Below, piece after piece: positions 8,053 through 16,840 of a stretch of DNA of 19,518 bases; the stretch's first letter is position 1; the number at the start of each line of letters is the position of its first letter. The notes beneath the pieces were generated by a model that was not told the origin of the DNA, searched no databases, and saw only the letters and a program-made list of their open reading frames with translations. The position numbers and the translations under genes are program-made. Source of the stretch: PVC group bacterium (GTDB lineage: Bacteria; GCA-001730085; JADFSZ01); assembly GCA_022560555.1 (NCBI GenBank), contig JADFSZ010000008.1:1-19518 (forward strand), given 5' to 3'.

Positions 8053-8795
8053 AAAAATATAAAAAGCTGAAAGATCAAATAACTGCTTGGGGAGAACTGT
8101 TTTTTAAAAACCGCATCAACTTACCGTTTCTTCTTATCCCCTTTTTTATCCTCTTTATCTTCATGGACCATGCCGGAGGCGGGGCGGAGGCAAAAGCTTT
8201 TGTCTGGAAGATAATTTGCCTCTTTGTTTCTCTTACGGGATATATAGTCCGTATCATTGTTGTGGGAACGTCTCCGAAGAATACATCGGGTCGTAACACC
8301 AAACGACAGAAAGCGGATTGTTTGGTGACGAAAGGGTTCTATTCGGTCGTGAGAAACCCCTTGTATCTGGCCAACATCATTATTTTAACGGGATTCGCGC
8401 TTTTTGCCGGGGACATAACAGCATGGCTTTTGACTATCATGCTGGCCTATTTCTATTACGAAAAAATCATATTTGTCGAGGAGGAGTTTCTGGCTCAAAA
8501 ATTTCAAAAGGAATTTGAACTCTGGGCTCAAAAAACCCCGATGTTGTTTCCTCAATGGGGTGCCTGGAAAGCTTCCGGGCGGGCTTTTGATCTCAAGAGG
8601 GTTCTCAGAAAGGAGTATCCGGGACTTATGGTGATTGGTATGACGTTCTTTGGACTTAATTTTATTCAGGATTGTTTTATCTATCAGCGGATTTATTTGG
8701 ATCCGTTTTGGTCCTGGTTTGTCATTGCTGTTTTCATGATATGGTTGATTTTAAGGACGCTAAAAAAATATACCAAACTCTTAAAATCCCGCTGA
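8049..8795 (+). CDS. polytopic membrane methyltransferase of the isoprenylcysteine carboxyl methyltransferase / phospholipid methyltransferase (ICMT/PEMT) family
   Basis: Multiple hydrophobic helices and the family-typical LVTKGFYSVVRNPLYLANIIILTGFAL segment. There is a 4-nt ATGA overlap with the patatin gene. Confidence 0.75.
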   Translation: MKKYKKLKDQITAWGELFFKNRINLPFLLIPFFILFIFMDHAGGGAEAKAFVWKIICLFVSLTGYIVRIIVVGTSPKNTSGRNTKRQKADCLVTKGFYSVVRNPLYLANIIILTGFALFAGDITAWLLTIMLAYFYYEKIIFVEEEFLAQKFQKEFELWAQKTPMLFPQWGAWKASGRAFDLKRVLRKEYPGLMVIGMTFFGLNFIQDCFIYQRIYLDPFWSWFVIAVFMIWLILRTLKKYTKLLKSR

Positions 8796-8801
8796 AAAAT
8801 T

Positions 8802-9737
8802 TTATCCGGAAAATACTCTTAGTTTTCGCGGCACAACCTGAAATTCATAGGTGTCTTGATGCGGGTAGAGTTCCCCGTCTAAATTTAATTCGGAATGAGT
8901 ATGAATCGTTAAACGAAGTTTATCTGTTCGGATGATTCTCAAGTGTGGGTGATCCATGAGACGACCCTGGCGGGCAAGCCTTAGTAAATCAATGGCCCTC
9001 CATTTGTTAGGAATCCAGTCAATAAGAACGGCTTCCATGAGGCCGTCATCCGCTGAGGATTCGGGGACGAGCCTGAGGACTCCGAATCGTGAAAGATTAC
9101 TGAGCATAAAAACAGAATAATTGCCCTGTAATTTTTGATCGGAAAATTCTAGTTCCATATTCCATCCATTACGGGTGAACATGATTGAGAAGAATCCTGC
9201 CGCCAAATACCGGTATTGGCCGTACAGCCCCTTTAAGTGATTGCTTCTCTTCGCGGCATCCGCAAATAATCCCAGAGCAGATGCCAAAACAAAATAGTTT
9301 CCGTTGACTTTACCTAAATCGATGGTGGAGGTTTTATTTTGAAGAATATTTTGGCAAAATTTTTCAACAGAAGTGTCCGCGTTTAAACATTGGGCGAGAT
9401 CATTAGAGGAGCCGCCGGGAATAAAGCCTAAAATAGGTTGTGTTGTTCCCGGGCTATCCATTATGCCGTTGATGACCTCATGATACGTCCCATCCCCTCC
9501 GAGAACCCCGATCTGTGTTACCCCCTGGCCGGATAGTTGTCGGCCAAGCTTTCGTGCATGTCCGGCATGGCTTGTGGTGTGAACTTCATACGAGATGTGG
9601 TGGTACTTCAGAGCTTGATACAAAATTCGGGATTCGCGTTGGGCGCGATGCCATCCTGCGCTTGGATTGAGAATGATATGAAGTTTAGGGGACATGTCTA
9701 TAGTATTTTCCGTAAAAGTATTTTGACAATCTAACAT
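8802..9737 (-). CDS. diacylglycerol-kinase-family lipid kinase (YegS/BmrU-like)
   Basis: Contains HIILNPSAG and the GGDGTYHEVINGI catalytic-domain motifs. The true start may be the internal Met15 (ATG at 9695..9693, MSPKLHIILNP...), which matches the usual N-terminus of this family. Confidence 0.85.
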   Translation of the reverse strand: MLDCQNTFTENTIDMSPKLHIILNPSAGWHRAQRESRILYQALKYHHISYEVHTTSHAGHARKLGRQLSGQGVTQIGVLGGDGTYHEVINGIMDSPGTTQPILGFIPGGSSNDLAQCLNADTSVEKFCQNILQNKTSTIDLGKVNGNYFVLASALGLFADAAKRSNHLKGLYGQYRYLAAGFFSIMFTRNGWNMELEFSDQKLQGNYSVFMLSNLSRFGVLRLVPESSADDGLMEAVLIDWIPNKWRAIDLLRLARQGRLMDHPHLRIIRTDKLRLTIHTHSELNLDGELYPHQDTYEFQVVPRKLRVFSG

Positions 9738-9752
9738 GAATCATGCTAAACT
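9723..9752 (+). promoter_or_regulatory. candidate sigma70 promoter for pilB
   Basis: Perfect TTGACA (9723-9728), 18 nt, TAAACT (9747-9752), about 45 nt upstream of ATG 9796. The -35 box lies inside the first codons of the longest lipid-kinase ORF on the other strand. Pattern only. Confidence 0.3.
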
Positions 9753-9795
9753 ATTATGGTATTTTCCATATAACCGCACATTTATATAAGGCCTT

Positions 9796-11511
9796 ATGAG
9801 CGTATCGCTTAAAAAGCAATTAACGGAAATCCTTCTTGAAAACAAGCTTATCACAAAGAAGCAGTTAGATGAAGCCTTAAAGATTCGTAAAAAAGAGGGA
9901 CGCCGCTTAGGGGATATTCTCATTGAAAAGAAATATATCACCGCGAAAGAGCTCATGAGTACCATCGGCCAGCATCTCGGCATTGCCCCCATCAATCTTG
10001 AAAAATTTATGCCTCCCAAAGAAGTCATCCAACTCATCCCGAAAAATTTCGCTAAGCATTATCAAATTGTTCCCATATCAAAAATCGGAAAAAAACTTTC
10101 TGTTGCCATGGCAGATCCCTTGAACGTTTTTGCCATTGACGATGTGAAAACTTTGACCGGGCTCGAAGTCAAAACCGTGATTAGTACCCCAGAAGATATT
10201 GATCAAGCTGTTATCAGGTTTTATTCCCAGGGAACGGGCGACATCAATAAAGTTATGGAATCATTTGATTCGGATTCTTCCGTTGAGCTGGCCCAAGATT
10301 CTAAAGAGGATGAAATCAATCTCGATGAAATCACAGGGGGGGACGAAGCCCCTGTGATAAAAATCGTGAACTTTCTTCTTGTGAAGGCTATTCGGGAGAA
10401 GGTAAGTGATATTCATATCGAACCTCGTGAGAAGAAAATCCGTGTCCGGTATCGATTAGATGGTGTGCTGCATGATTTGGAGCAAACACCCCCCAAATCG
10501 ATGCAGGCGGCGATTATCTCGCGGATCAAGATTATGGCCAATTTGGACATTGCCGAAAGACGGCTTCCTCAAGATGGCCGGATTCGTATCAGAACAGAGG
10601 GGAAGGATATCGATTTTCGTGTTTCACTGCTGCCCACGATTTTTGGGGAAAAGATTGTTATGCGTATTTTAGATAAAAGCACACTGACCGTAGATTTAGC
10701 AAAATTGGATTTTGAAGAATCTACATTAAAAAATTTGCAAAAAAGCATTTCCCATCCCCATGGCATTTTTTTGGTTACGGGACCGACCGGGAGTGGAAAA
10801 ACAACAACTCTTTATTCGGCGCTCAGCTATATTACTTCCCCGGAAGTAAATATTATCACAACCGAAGATCCGGTTGAATATCAAATTGAAGGGATTTGCC
10901 AGGTGTCGGTTGACTCAAATATTGGTTTGACCTTTGCGGTCTCGCTAAGATCGATTTTGCGCCAGGACCCGGATGTGGTGATGGTCGGGGAAATCCGGGA
11001 TTTTGAAACGGCTGATATTTCCATTAAAGCCGCGTTGACCGGGCATTTGGTGCTGAGCACGCTTCATACGAATGACGCGGCGAGTTCTCTCGCGCGGCTG
11101 ATTGATATGGGTGTTGAACCGTTTTTAGTGGCCTCCTCACTCATTGCGTGTGCGGCTCAGAGACTGGTCCGCAGACTCTGCTCTCACTGCAAAGAGTCCT
11201 ATGAAGCGTCCGCGGAATTGATTGAGCGATTAAAGATTCAGTTTGTAGATGGACAAAAAAAGGAAATTTATAAACCGAAAGGGTGTGTGGCCTGTATGAA
11301 TACCGGGTATCGGGGGCGATTGGCATTGCTCGAGCTGCTTGTGATCGAAGACGATATTAAGGATATGATTATTCGCCGGGCAAATTCCATAGAGATTAAA
11401 AAAGCCGGCATTCAAAACGGAATGATCACTTTACGTAAAGCGGGACTTATAAAAGTTGCGAAGGGGGATACGTCTTTGGAAGAAGTCCTTCGTGTTACGG
11501 CGGGGGATTAG
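9796..11511 (+). CDS. pilB: type IV pilus assembly ATPase PilB (GspE/PulE secretion ATPase family)
   Basis: N-terminal MshEN/T2SSE_N-type helical domain, Walker A GPTGSGKTTT, Asp and His boxes, and the tetracysteine CSHC...CVAC motif. At 571 aa the length is typical of PilB rather than GspE. Confidence 0.9.
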   Translation: MSVSLKKQLTEILLENKLITKKQLDEALKIRKKEGRRLGDILIEKKYITAKELMSTIGQHLGIAPINLEKFMPPKEVIQLIPKNFAKHYQIVPISKIGKKLSVAMADPLNVFAIDDVKTLTGLEVKTVISTPEDIDQAVIRFYSQGTGDINKVMESFDSDSSVELAQDSKEDEINLDEITGGDEAPVIKIVNFLLVKAIREKVSDIHIEPREKKIRVRYRLDGVLHDLEQTPPKSMQAAIISRIKIMANLDIAERRLPQDGRIRIRTEGKDIDFRVSLLPTIFGEKIVMRILDKSTLTVDLAKLDFEESTLKNLQKSISHPHGIFLVTGPTGSGKTTTLYSALSYITSPEVNIITTEDPVEYQIEGICQVSVDSNIGLTFAVSLRSILRQDPDVVMVGEIRDFETADISIKAALTGHLVLSTLHTNDAASSLARLIDMGVEPFLVASSLIACAAQRLVRRLCSHCKESYEASAELIERLKIQFVDGQKKEIYKPKGCVACMNTGYRGRLALLELLVIEDDIKDMIIRRANSIEIKKAGIQNGMITLRKAGLIKVAKGDTSLEEVLRVTAGD

Positions 11512-11539
11512 TTACTAACTTAGATTACGAGGACAAATT

Positions 11540-12739
11540 ATGGAAAAATATACCTATAGCGCGAAAGACACAAGCGGAAAAAATGTCACAGGAACGATGG
11601 AGGCTGAATCGGAAGCTGGTGTCATAAAGAATTTACGGGCGAAAGGGCTTACGGTCTTAAATGTGTCAACTACGGCGGCTAAGTCAGGAAGAAGATCTCG
11701 AAGAAGAAAAGTTAAATTGGAGGATGTTGTGGTTTTTAGCCGGCAGTTGTCGACAATGGTTGACGCGGGGCTGCCGATCCTGCAGGGTTTAGAAATAATG
11801 CAGGAGCAGATTGAGAACCCCGCCTTCAGAGATGTTATTACTGATATCAAACAGCAGGTTGAAGGCGGTAAAAGTTTATCGGAAGCCATGAGCAAGCATA
11901 TGAAGATTTTCGGGACACTCTATGTCAATATGGTTAAAGCCGGAGAAGCCAGCGGAATGCTGGATGAAATTTTAGATCGCGTGTCTTCGTACTTAGAAAA
12001 AATGAACGTCTTAAAACGAAAAGTTAAATCCGCCATGGTCTATCCCATATCGGTTACGTGTATTGCCATCGTGATCACAACAGGACTGATTATCAAAGTG
12101 ATACCGACGTTTAGAGATATATTTGACTCGTTTGATGCCGAACTTCCGGCTATCACATTGTTTTTGTTAGCCCTTAGTGATTTTCTTAACGCGTATTTAC
12201 TTTGGGTCATTCTTGGCCTGATCATTTTTAGTTTCTTGTTTGTACGCTATAAAAAAACCGAAGCCGGGGCTTTGTACCTCGATGGCTTGGCCCTCAAATT
12301 ACCGATCTTTGGAGTTATTTTACGAAAGGTGGCTGTTTCAAAATTTACGCGGACATTATCTACCCTCACGAAAAGCGGTGTGAATATCCTGGAAGCGTTA
12401 GAAATCACAGCCCACACATCAGGCAATAAATTGGTGGAAAAAGTTGTTTTAGACACGCGGACCAGTATCAAGGAGGGAGAAAGCATCGCGGTGCCTTTGG
12501 CGCGTGGAGGTGTTTTTCCGCCCATGGTGATTCGGATGATTTCTGTCGGAGAACAGACAGGCGCCTTAGAGGAAATGTTGGGGAAGATATCTGATTTTTA
12601 CGACGATGAAGTTGACGCGGCTGTCACAGCATTGACATCTCTTATTGAGCCTCTCTTGATATCATTTCTTGGAATTGTTATCGGCGGGATTGTGATCGCG
12701 ATGTTTTTACCTATCTTTCAGCTGTCGACGATTGTCTAA
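11540..12739 (+). CDS. pilC: type IV pilus / T2SS platform protein PilC (GspF family)
   Basis: Duplicated GspF-type domains (LSTMVDAGLPILQGLE... and LSTLTKSGVNILEALE...), three TM segments and 399 aa. GAGGA SD upstream, 28 nt after pilB. Confidence 0.9.
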   Translation: MEKYTYSAKDTSGKNVTGTMEAESEAGVIKNLRAKGLTVLNVSTTAAKSGRRSRRRKVKLEDVVVFSRQLSTMVDAGLPILQGLEIMQEQIENPAFRDVITDIKQQVEGGKSLSEAMSKHMKIFGTLYVNMVKAGEASGMLDEILDRVSSYLEKMNVLKRKVKSAMVYPISVTCIAIVITTGLIIKVIPTFRDIFDSFDAELPAITLFLLALSDFLNAYLLWVILGLIIFSFLFVRYKKTEAGALYLDGLALKLPIFGVILRKVAVSKFTRTLSTLTKSGVNILEALEITAHTSGNKLVEKVVLDTRTSIKEGESIAVPLARGGVFPPMVIRMISVGEQTGALEEMLGKISDFYDDEVDAAVTALTSLIEPLLISFLGIVIGGIVIAMFLPIFQLSTIV

Positions 12740-12758
12740 TGTATAGGGGGCGGGCCTT

Positions 12759-14423
12759 GTGCAGCCAAATCTGCTAGAACAACTTATTCCGCGTTTTAAA
12801 AAGTTATGTTTATCCCAGCTCGTGGGAACATTTTTTGTATTTGGGTTATGGATTCTCTTTACCAGCCAAAACAAACGCATTCCTCTCTATAATATCGACA
12901 TTATTCTCACGGTTATTTTTCTTTTTTTGATCGTATGTCTGGCCCTTTTTATCTATAAAATATGGGGGAAGTCGTACGCCGTTGTGTTAAGGACCGCGAT
13001 CGGCCTGTTAGCCTGTGACGCGCTTCTTGTTACCATGATCACACATAAGTCAGGAGGGGTTGACAGTTTTTTTTCGTCTTTGTATCTTGTCATTATCGTG
13101 GCTTCGGGATTAGTTGTTTCCCGCCGGTTTTGTCTGAATATGTCTGTATTTTGCTCAACGATTTATTTGTTCGTTGTTGTTATGGAAAAGATCGGGGCTT
13201 TTTGGGATGTATCGCTTGATGTTCTAAGCTATCAAAGTGTGCATTACATTATCTACGTACTTGTGTTGAAAATCACCCTTTTTATTCTGGCGGCGTTTTT
13301 ATCAAGGTATTTCATGAATGAAATTGACATTAAAAACCGTAAGTTGACCGATTTAACGATGCTGTATGACAGTGTTATCCAAAATATGAAAACAGGCTTG
13401 CTCATCATAGGGATGGATAAAAACATTGTGATTGCAAACCCATCTGCTCTTCATATTCTAGGGAAGGAATGGCCCCGGATTAAGAGTGTGCCGGTCCAAA
13501 GTCTATTTCCGGATGAGGAGAAGGATAAACTAAACTATCTTCTCATGAATGCATCGGAGATTATGAAGCGTTCTCGGAACTATGAACTTGTTTATAAGCG
13601 CAAGGGAGAAGAAATTGATCTTGGATTCAGTCTTTCTCCTCTCAGAGATGCAAGCAAAAACATTATCGGATCTATATTTCTGTTTCAGGACATTTCCATG
13701 AAAAAAAGGTATGAACAGAACATCGCGCGGATTGATAAAAATAATGAGCTCGGTAAAATGGCTGTTACCATTGCGCATGAACTTCGTAATCCTCTGGCGT
13801 CTCTGTCAGGTTCGGCCGAGGTGCTCAAAGAAAAAGTGAGTGTTTCGGATGATTGCAAAAAGCTTTTTGATGTCATTATCAAGGAATCCAAAAGGCTTAA
13901 TAAAATTGTTACCGACTTCTTGGAATTGTCTCGTGTGAATAAGCCGCACTTTCATGTGGTGGAACTTAAAGATCTTATGGACGAAATTATTATGATAATT
14001 CAACACAACAAAAAACTTCCCTTCAAAACACGATTTGATCAGAATATTGAACCGAATATTAAGATCCTCGGGGATTCCGATCAGCTCAAACAGGCTTTCA
14101 ATAATATTATATTTAACGCCATTGACGCGTCTAAAAATCAGAATGACAGTACCATACGTATTCATATCTACCTTGAGCATATTGAAGAGGGCGATCGGAA
14201 ATATGCCGGTGTATGTGTTGAGGATTTTGGAGAAGGCATGACGGAGTCTGAAAAAGAAAAAATATTTCAGGCATTTTATAGCAATAAGAAATCAGGCACA
14301 GGCCTGGGATTAGCTGTGGCGCAGCATATCATTCAAGGTCATCAAGGCCGTATCGAAGTAAAAAGCCAAAAAGGGAAGGGCACTGTATTTTGTGTTCTCA
14401 TTCCTAAGGCAGAGGTGTCTTGA
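12759..14423 (+). CDS. pilS: PilS-like membrane sensor histidine kinase
   Basis: About six N-terminal TM helices and a PAS-like region. H-box HELRNPLASL, N-box NNIIFNAIDAS, G1 EDFGEGM, G2 GTGLGLAV. The gene follows pilBC and precedes a sigma54 activator. The symbol is assigned from context. Confidence 0.8.
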   Translation: MQPNLLEQLIPRFKKLCLSQLVGTFFVFGLWILFTSQNKRIPLYNIDIILTVIFLFLIVCLALFIYKIWGKSYAVVLRTAIGLLACDALLVTMITHKSGGVDSFFSSLYLVIIVASGLVVSRRFCLNMSVFCSTIYLFVVVMEKIGAFWDVSLDVLSYQSVHYIIYVLVLKITLFILAAFLSRYFMNEIDIKNRKLTDLTMLYDSVIQNMKTGLLIIGMDKNIVIANPSALHILGKEWPRIKSVPVQSLFPDEEKDKLNYLLMNASEIMKRSRNYELVYKRKGEEIDLGFSLSPLRDASKNIIGSIFLFQDISMKKRYEQNIARIDKNNELGKMAVTIAHELRNPLASLSGSAEVLKEKVSVSDDCKKLFDVIIKESKRLNKIVTDFLELSRVNKPHFHVVELKDLMDEIIMIIQHNKKLPFKTRFDQNIEPNIKILGDSDQLKQAFNNIIFNAIDASKNQNDSTIRIHIYLEHIEEGDRKYAGVCVEDFGEGMTESEKEKIFQAFYSNKKSGTGLGLAVAQHIIQGHQGRIEVKSQKGKGTVFCVLIPKAEVS

Positions 14424-14442
14424 AAAAATATGAGGGAGAAAT

Positions 14443-15792
14443 ATGAAAAATGACAAAATTCTAATTGTCGATGATGAGCAGAGCATGATTGATTTTTTGG
14501 ATGTGCTTTTGAGAGATGAGGGATACATTGTTGAGGCCTCGAATGATTCCGAAGAAGCGTACCAAAGGGCCAAATTATTTAAACCCGATTACGCGCTTAT
14601 TGATGTTCGCATGGAACCTAAAAATGGATTATGGCTTTTAAAACAACTCAAAAAGAGACATCCTCGCCTTGTTGTCATTATGATGACTGCCTATATTTCT
14701 GTTGATGAAGTTGTGGACGCCATGAAAAAGGGAGCCTACGATTACATCACAAAACCCTTTAATATAACGGAACTTCGTGCTGTTCTCAAAAACGCTCAAA
14801 AACATATTCAGCATCCCGATAAAACCACGTTAGATAAAATGGAGTATCAGTTCGATAATTTTATCGGTGAAAGCAAAGTTATGAAAAATGTTTTTGATGA
14901 CATTCGCAAAATTGCTCCTTTAGACAGCACCATTCTTGTGACGGGGGAAAGCGGGACAGGTAAAGAGTTAGTGGCACGTGCGATTCATTATAGCAGCCCG
15001 CGGCGTAATTCTCCCTTCATTTCAGTGGACTGCAGCGCGATTCCTGAAACACTGCTGGAAAGCGAGCTTTTTGGCCATATGAAGGGTTCGTTTACCGGTG
15101 CGGACAAAAATAAAATCGGTCTTTTTGAGGCTTCGGAGGATGGGACCATCTTTTTAGATGAAATTGCTGAGATGCCCTTTCTTTTACAATCAAAAATGCT
15201 CCGGGTCTTGCAGGAGCGGGAGGTTCGTCGAATCGGAAGCACAGAATCCATCAGTATTCATGCACGTATCATCGCGGCGACGAATCGAAACCTGACTGAA
15301 GAAGTTCGTCATGGACGTTTTCGTGAAGACTTGTTTTTTCGCTTGAATATTATTAATATCCAATTGCCTCAGTTAACGGATCGTCTCGAGGATATCCCGG
15401 TATTGGTGGACCACCTGCTCGATAAAATTTCACAACGTCTCAATAAATCCAAACCGGCCCTTTCCGCGAACACACTCGAATTTCTTATGAAATACCATTG
15501 GCCGGGCAATGTGCGTGAGTTAGAAAATGCTTTAGAACACGCTCTTATTATGGAAGAAGGGCCCCTGTTGGATGTGTCAAGTTTTCCCGACCGAATCGTG
15601 AACGCCTCCAAAGAGACGGGCCCTATTGCTATTGCCGGATCATTAAAAGAATCTGTCGAAGAGTATGAGAAAAGTATTATCCTAAAAACATTGGAAGATA
15701 TGAGCGGGAATCAGTTTAAAACGGCTCGAAAATTGAAGATGACACGCCAAAGCCTGCAGTATAAATTAAAAAAATATGAGCTCTTGAAATAG
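14443..15792 (+). CDS. pilR: sigma54-dependent response regulator (NtrC family, PilR-like)
   Basis: Receiver domain (VDDE, LIDVRM, TKPF). AAA+ domain with GESGTGKE, the GSFTGA sigma54-contact loop and ESELFGH. C-terminal Fis-type HTH (MTRQSLQYKLKKY). GAGGGAG SD upstream. Confidence 0.88.
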   Translation: MKNDKILIVDDEQSMIDFLDVLLRDEGYIVEASNDSEEAYQRAKLFKPDYALIDVRMEPKNGLWLLKQLKKRHPRLVVIMMTAYISVDEVVDAMKKGAYDYITKPFNITELRAVLKNAQKHIQHPDKTTLDKMEYQFDNFIGESKVMKNVFDDIRKIAPLDSTILVTGESGTGKELVARAIHYSSPRRNSPFISVDCSAIPETLLESELFGHMKGSFTGADKNKIGLFEASEDGTIFLDEIAEMPFLLQSKMLRVLQEREVRRIGSTESISIHARIIAATNRNLTEEVRHGRFREDLFFRLNIINIQLPQLTDRLEDIPVLVDHLLDKISQRLNKSKPALSANTLEFLMKYHWPGNVRELENALEHALIMEEGPLLDVSSFPDRIVNASKETGPIAIAGSLKESVEEYEKSIILKTLEDMSGNQFKTARKLKMTRQSLQYKLKKYELLK

Positions 15793-15836
15793 GGGGTTTA
15801 TCTGTTGAGGTTAATTCAAGTCAGCGAGGGGACTAG

Positions 15837-16808
15837 GTGCTAAAATATATAGCTAAAAGGGCTCTCCAGGCCGTTCCTCTTGTTATTGGAATCACCATTA
15901 TCTCTTTTATTTTGATTCAGGCGGCCCCGGGCGACCCCTTTTCCGAATTGTCTCAAAATCCCCAAATCAGCGAACAAACTCTTCAGGATTTGCGGGTACG
16001 TTTCGGATTTGATCGGCCTCTTGTTATCCAATATCTGAAATGGTTTTGGGGCATGCTGAGATTAGATTTTGGGTACTCAACAAGTTATCACATTCCGGTT
16101 ATAACTCTTATCGGTCAGCGCCTCTTCAATACTCTCTATTTAGCCGTTATTTCCCTCGTTCTCACATGGGCCATCGCGATTCCGATCGGGATATACTCCG
16201 CGCGTCATCAATACCAACTCGGGGATAGGATTTTTTCTGTTCTTACATTTATCGGGATGAGTTTGCCCACATTTTTTGTGGCCTTTCTCTTTATCTATGT
16301 CGCGTCACATACAACTTGGCTGCCGACAGGAGGTGTTAGGGATCCTATCTATTTTGACATGATGAGTCCTTTGGAAAAAACTTGGGATTTGTTCCGGCAT
16401 TTGCTGATTCCTATTTCGGTTCTTGTCGCGAGCAGTGTGGCCGGGCTTGTCCGATTGATGCGAGGCAATATGCTTGATGTTCTCAAACTGCCGTATGTTA
16501 CAACAGCGAGAGCGAAAGGTTTATCCGAGTTTAAGGTGATTTATAAGCACGCGCTTCGGAATGCCGTAAATCCCATGATCACGATTTTCGGCTATCAGTT
16601 ATCCGGGCTTCTGAGCGGGGTGGCGCTCACCGAAGCCATTCTGTCATGGCCGGGCTTAGGACGTCTTATGCTGGATGCTGTTCTCAAACAGGATGTTTAT
16701 TTGGTGATGGCAACCCTCGTGATTAGTTCGTGTTTGCTTATTATCTCGAATTTATTCGCGGATATTCTTCTGGCTGTAACGGATCCGCGGGTAAGGTATC
16801 AATCATGA
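15837..16808 (+). CDS. ABC transporter permease, oligopeptide/dipeptide (OppB/DppB) family
   Basis: Typical N-terminus MLKYIAKRALQAVPLVIGITIISF...APGDPF and the EAA-loop region YVTTARAKGLSE. GTG start with a GAGG SD upstream. Confidence 0.9.
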   Translation: MLKYIAKRALQAVPLVIGITIISFILIQAAPGDPFSELSQNPQISEQTLQDLRVRFGFDRPLVIQYLKWFWGMLRLDFGYSTSYHIPVITLIGQRLFNTLYLAVISLVLTWAIAIPIGIYSARHQYQLGDRIFSVLTFIGMSLPTFFVAFLFIYVASHTTWLPTGGVRDPIYFDMMSPLEKTWDLFRHLLIPISVLVASSVAGLVRLMRGNMLDVLKLPYVTTARAKGLSEFKVIYKHALRNAVNPMITIFGYQLSGLLSGVALTEAILSWPGLGRLMLDAVLKQDVYLVMATLVISSCLLIISNLFADILLAVTDPRVRYQS

Positions 16809-16840
16809 AAAAAGTATTTTCAATGGGAGGATGTTTTTAA
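16805..16840 (+). other. 11-codon mini-ORF (MKKVFSMGGCF) bridging the two permease genes
   Basis: Its ATG overlaps the OppB-like TGA (ATGA, 16805-16808). Its TAA overlaps the SD-supported OppC-like ATG (TAATG, 16838-16842). It also contains the GGGAGG SD for the downstream gene. It may be only a coupling device, or coincidence. Confidence 0.2.

Noticed and set aside
11321-11336. Sigma54-like TGGCAT-N7-GC element inside pilB
   Set aside because: GG and GC have the correct spacing, but the TTGC -12 context is absent (GAGC). The site is deep inside a coding region, about 200 nt from pilC, which has its own SD and a 28-nt gap. TGGCAC strings at about 6577 and 14967 also lack a -12 element.
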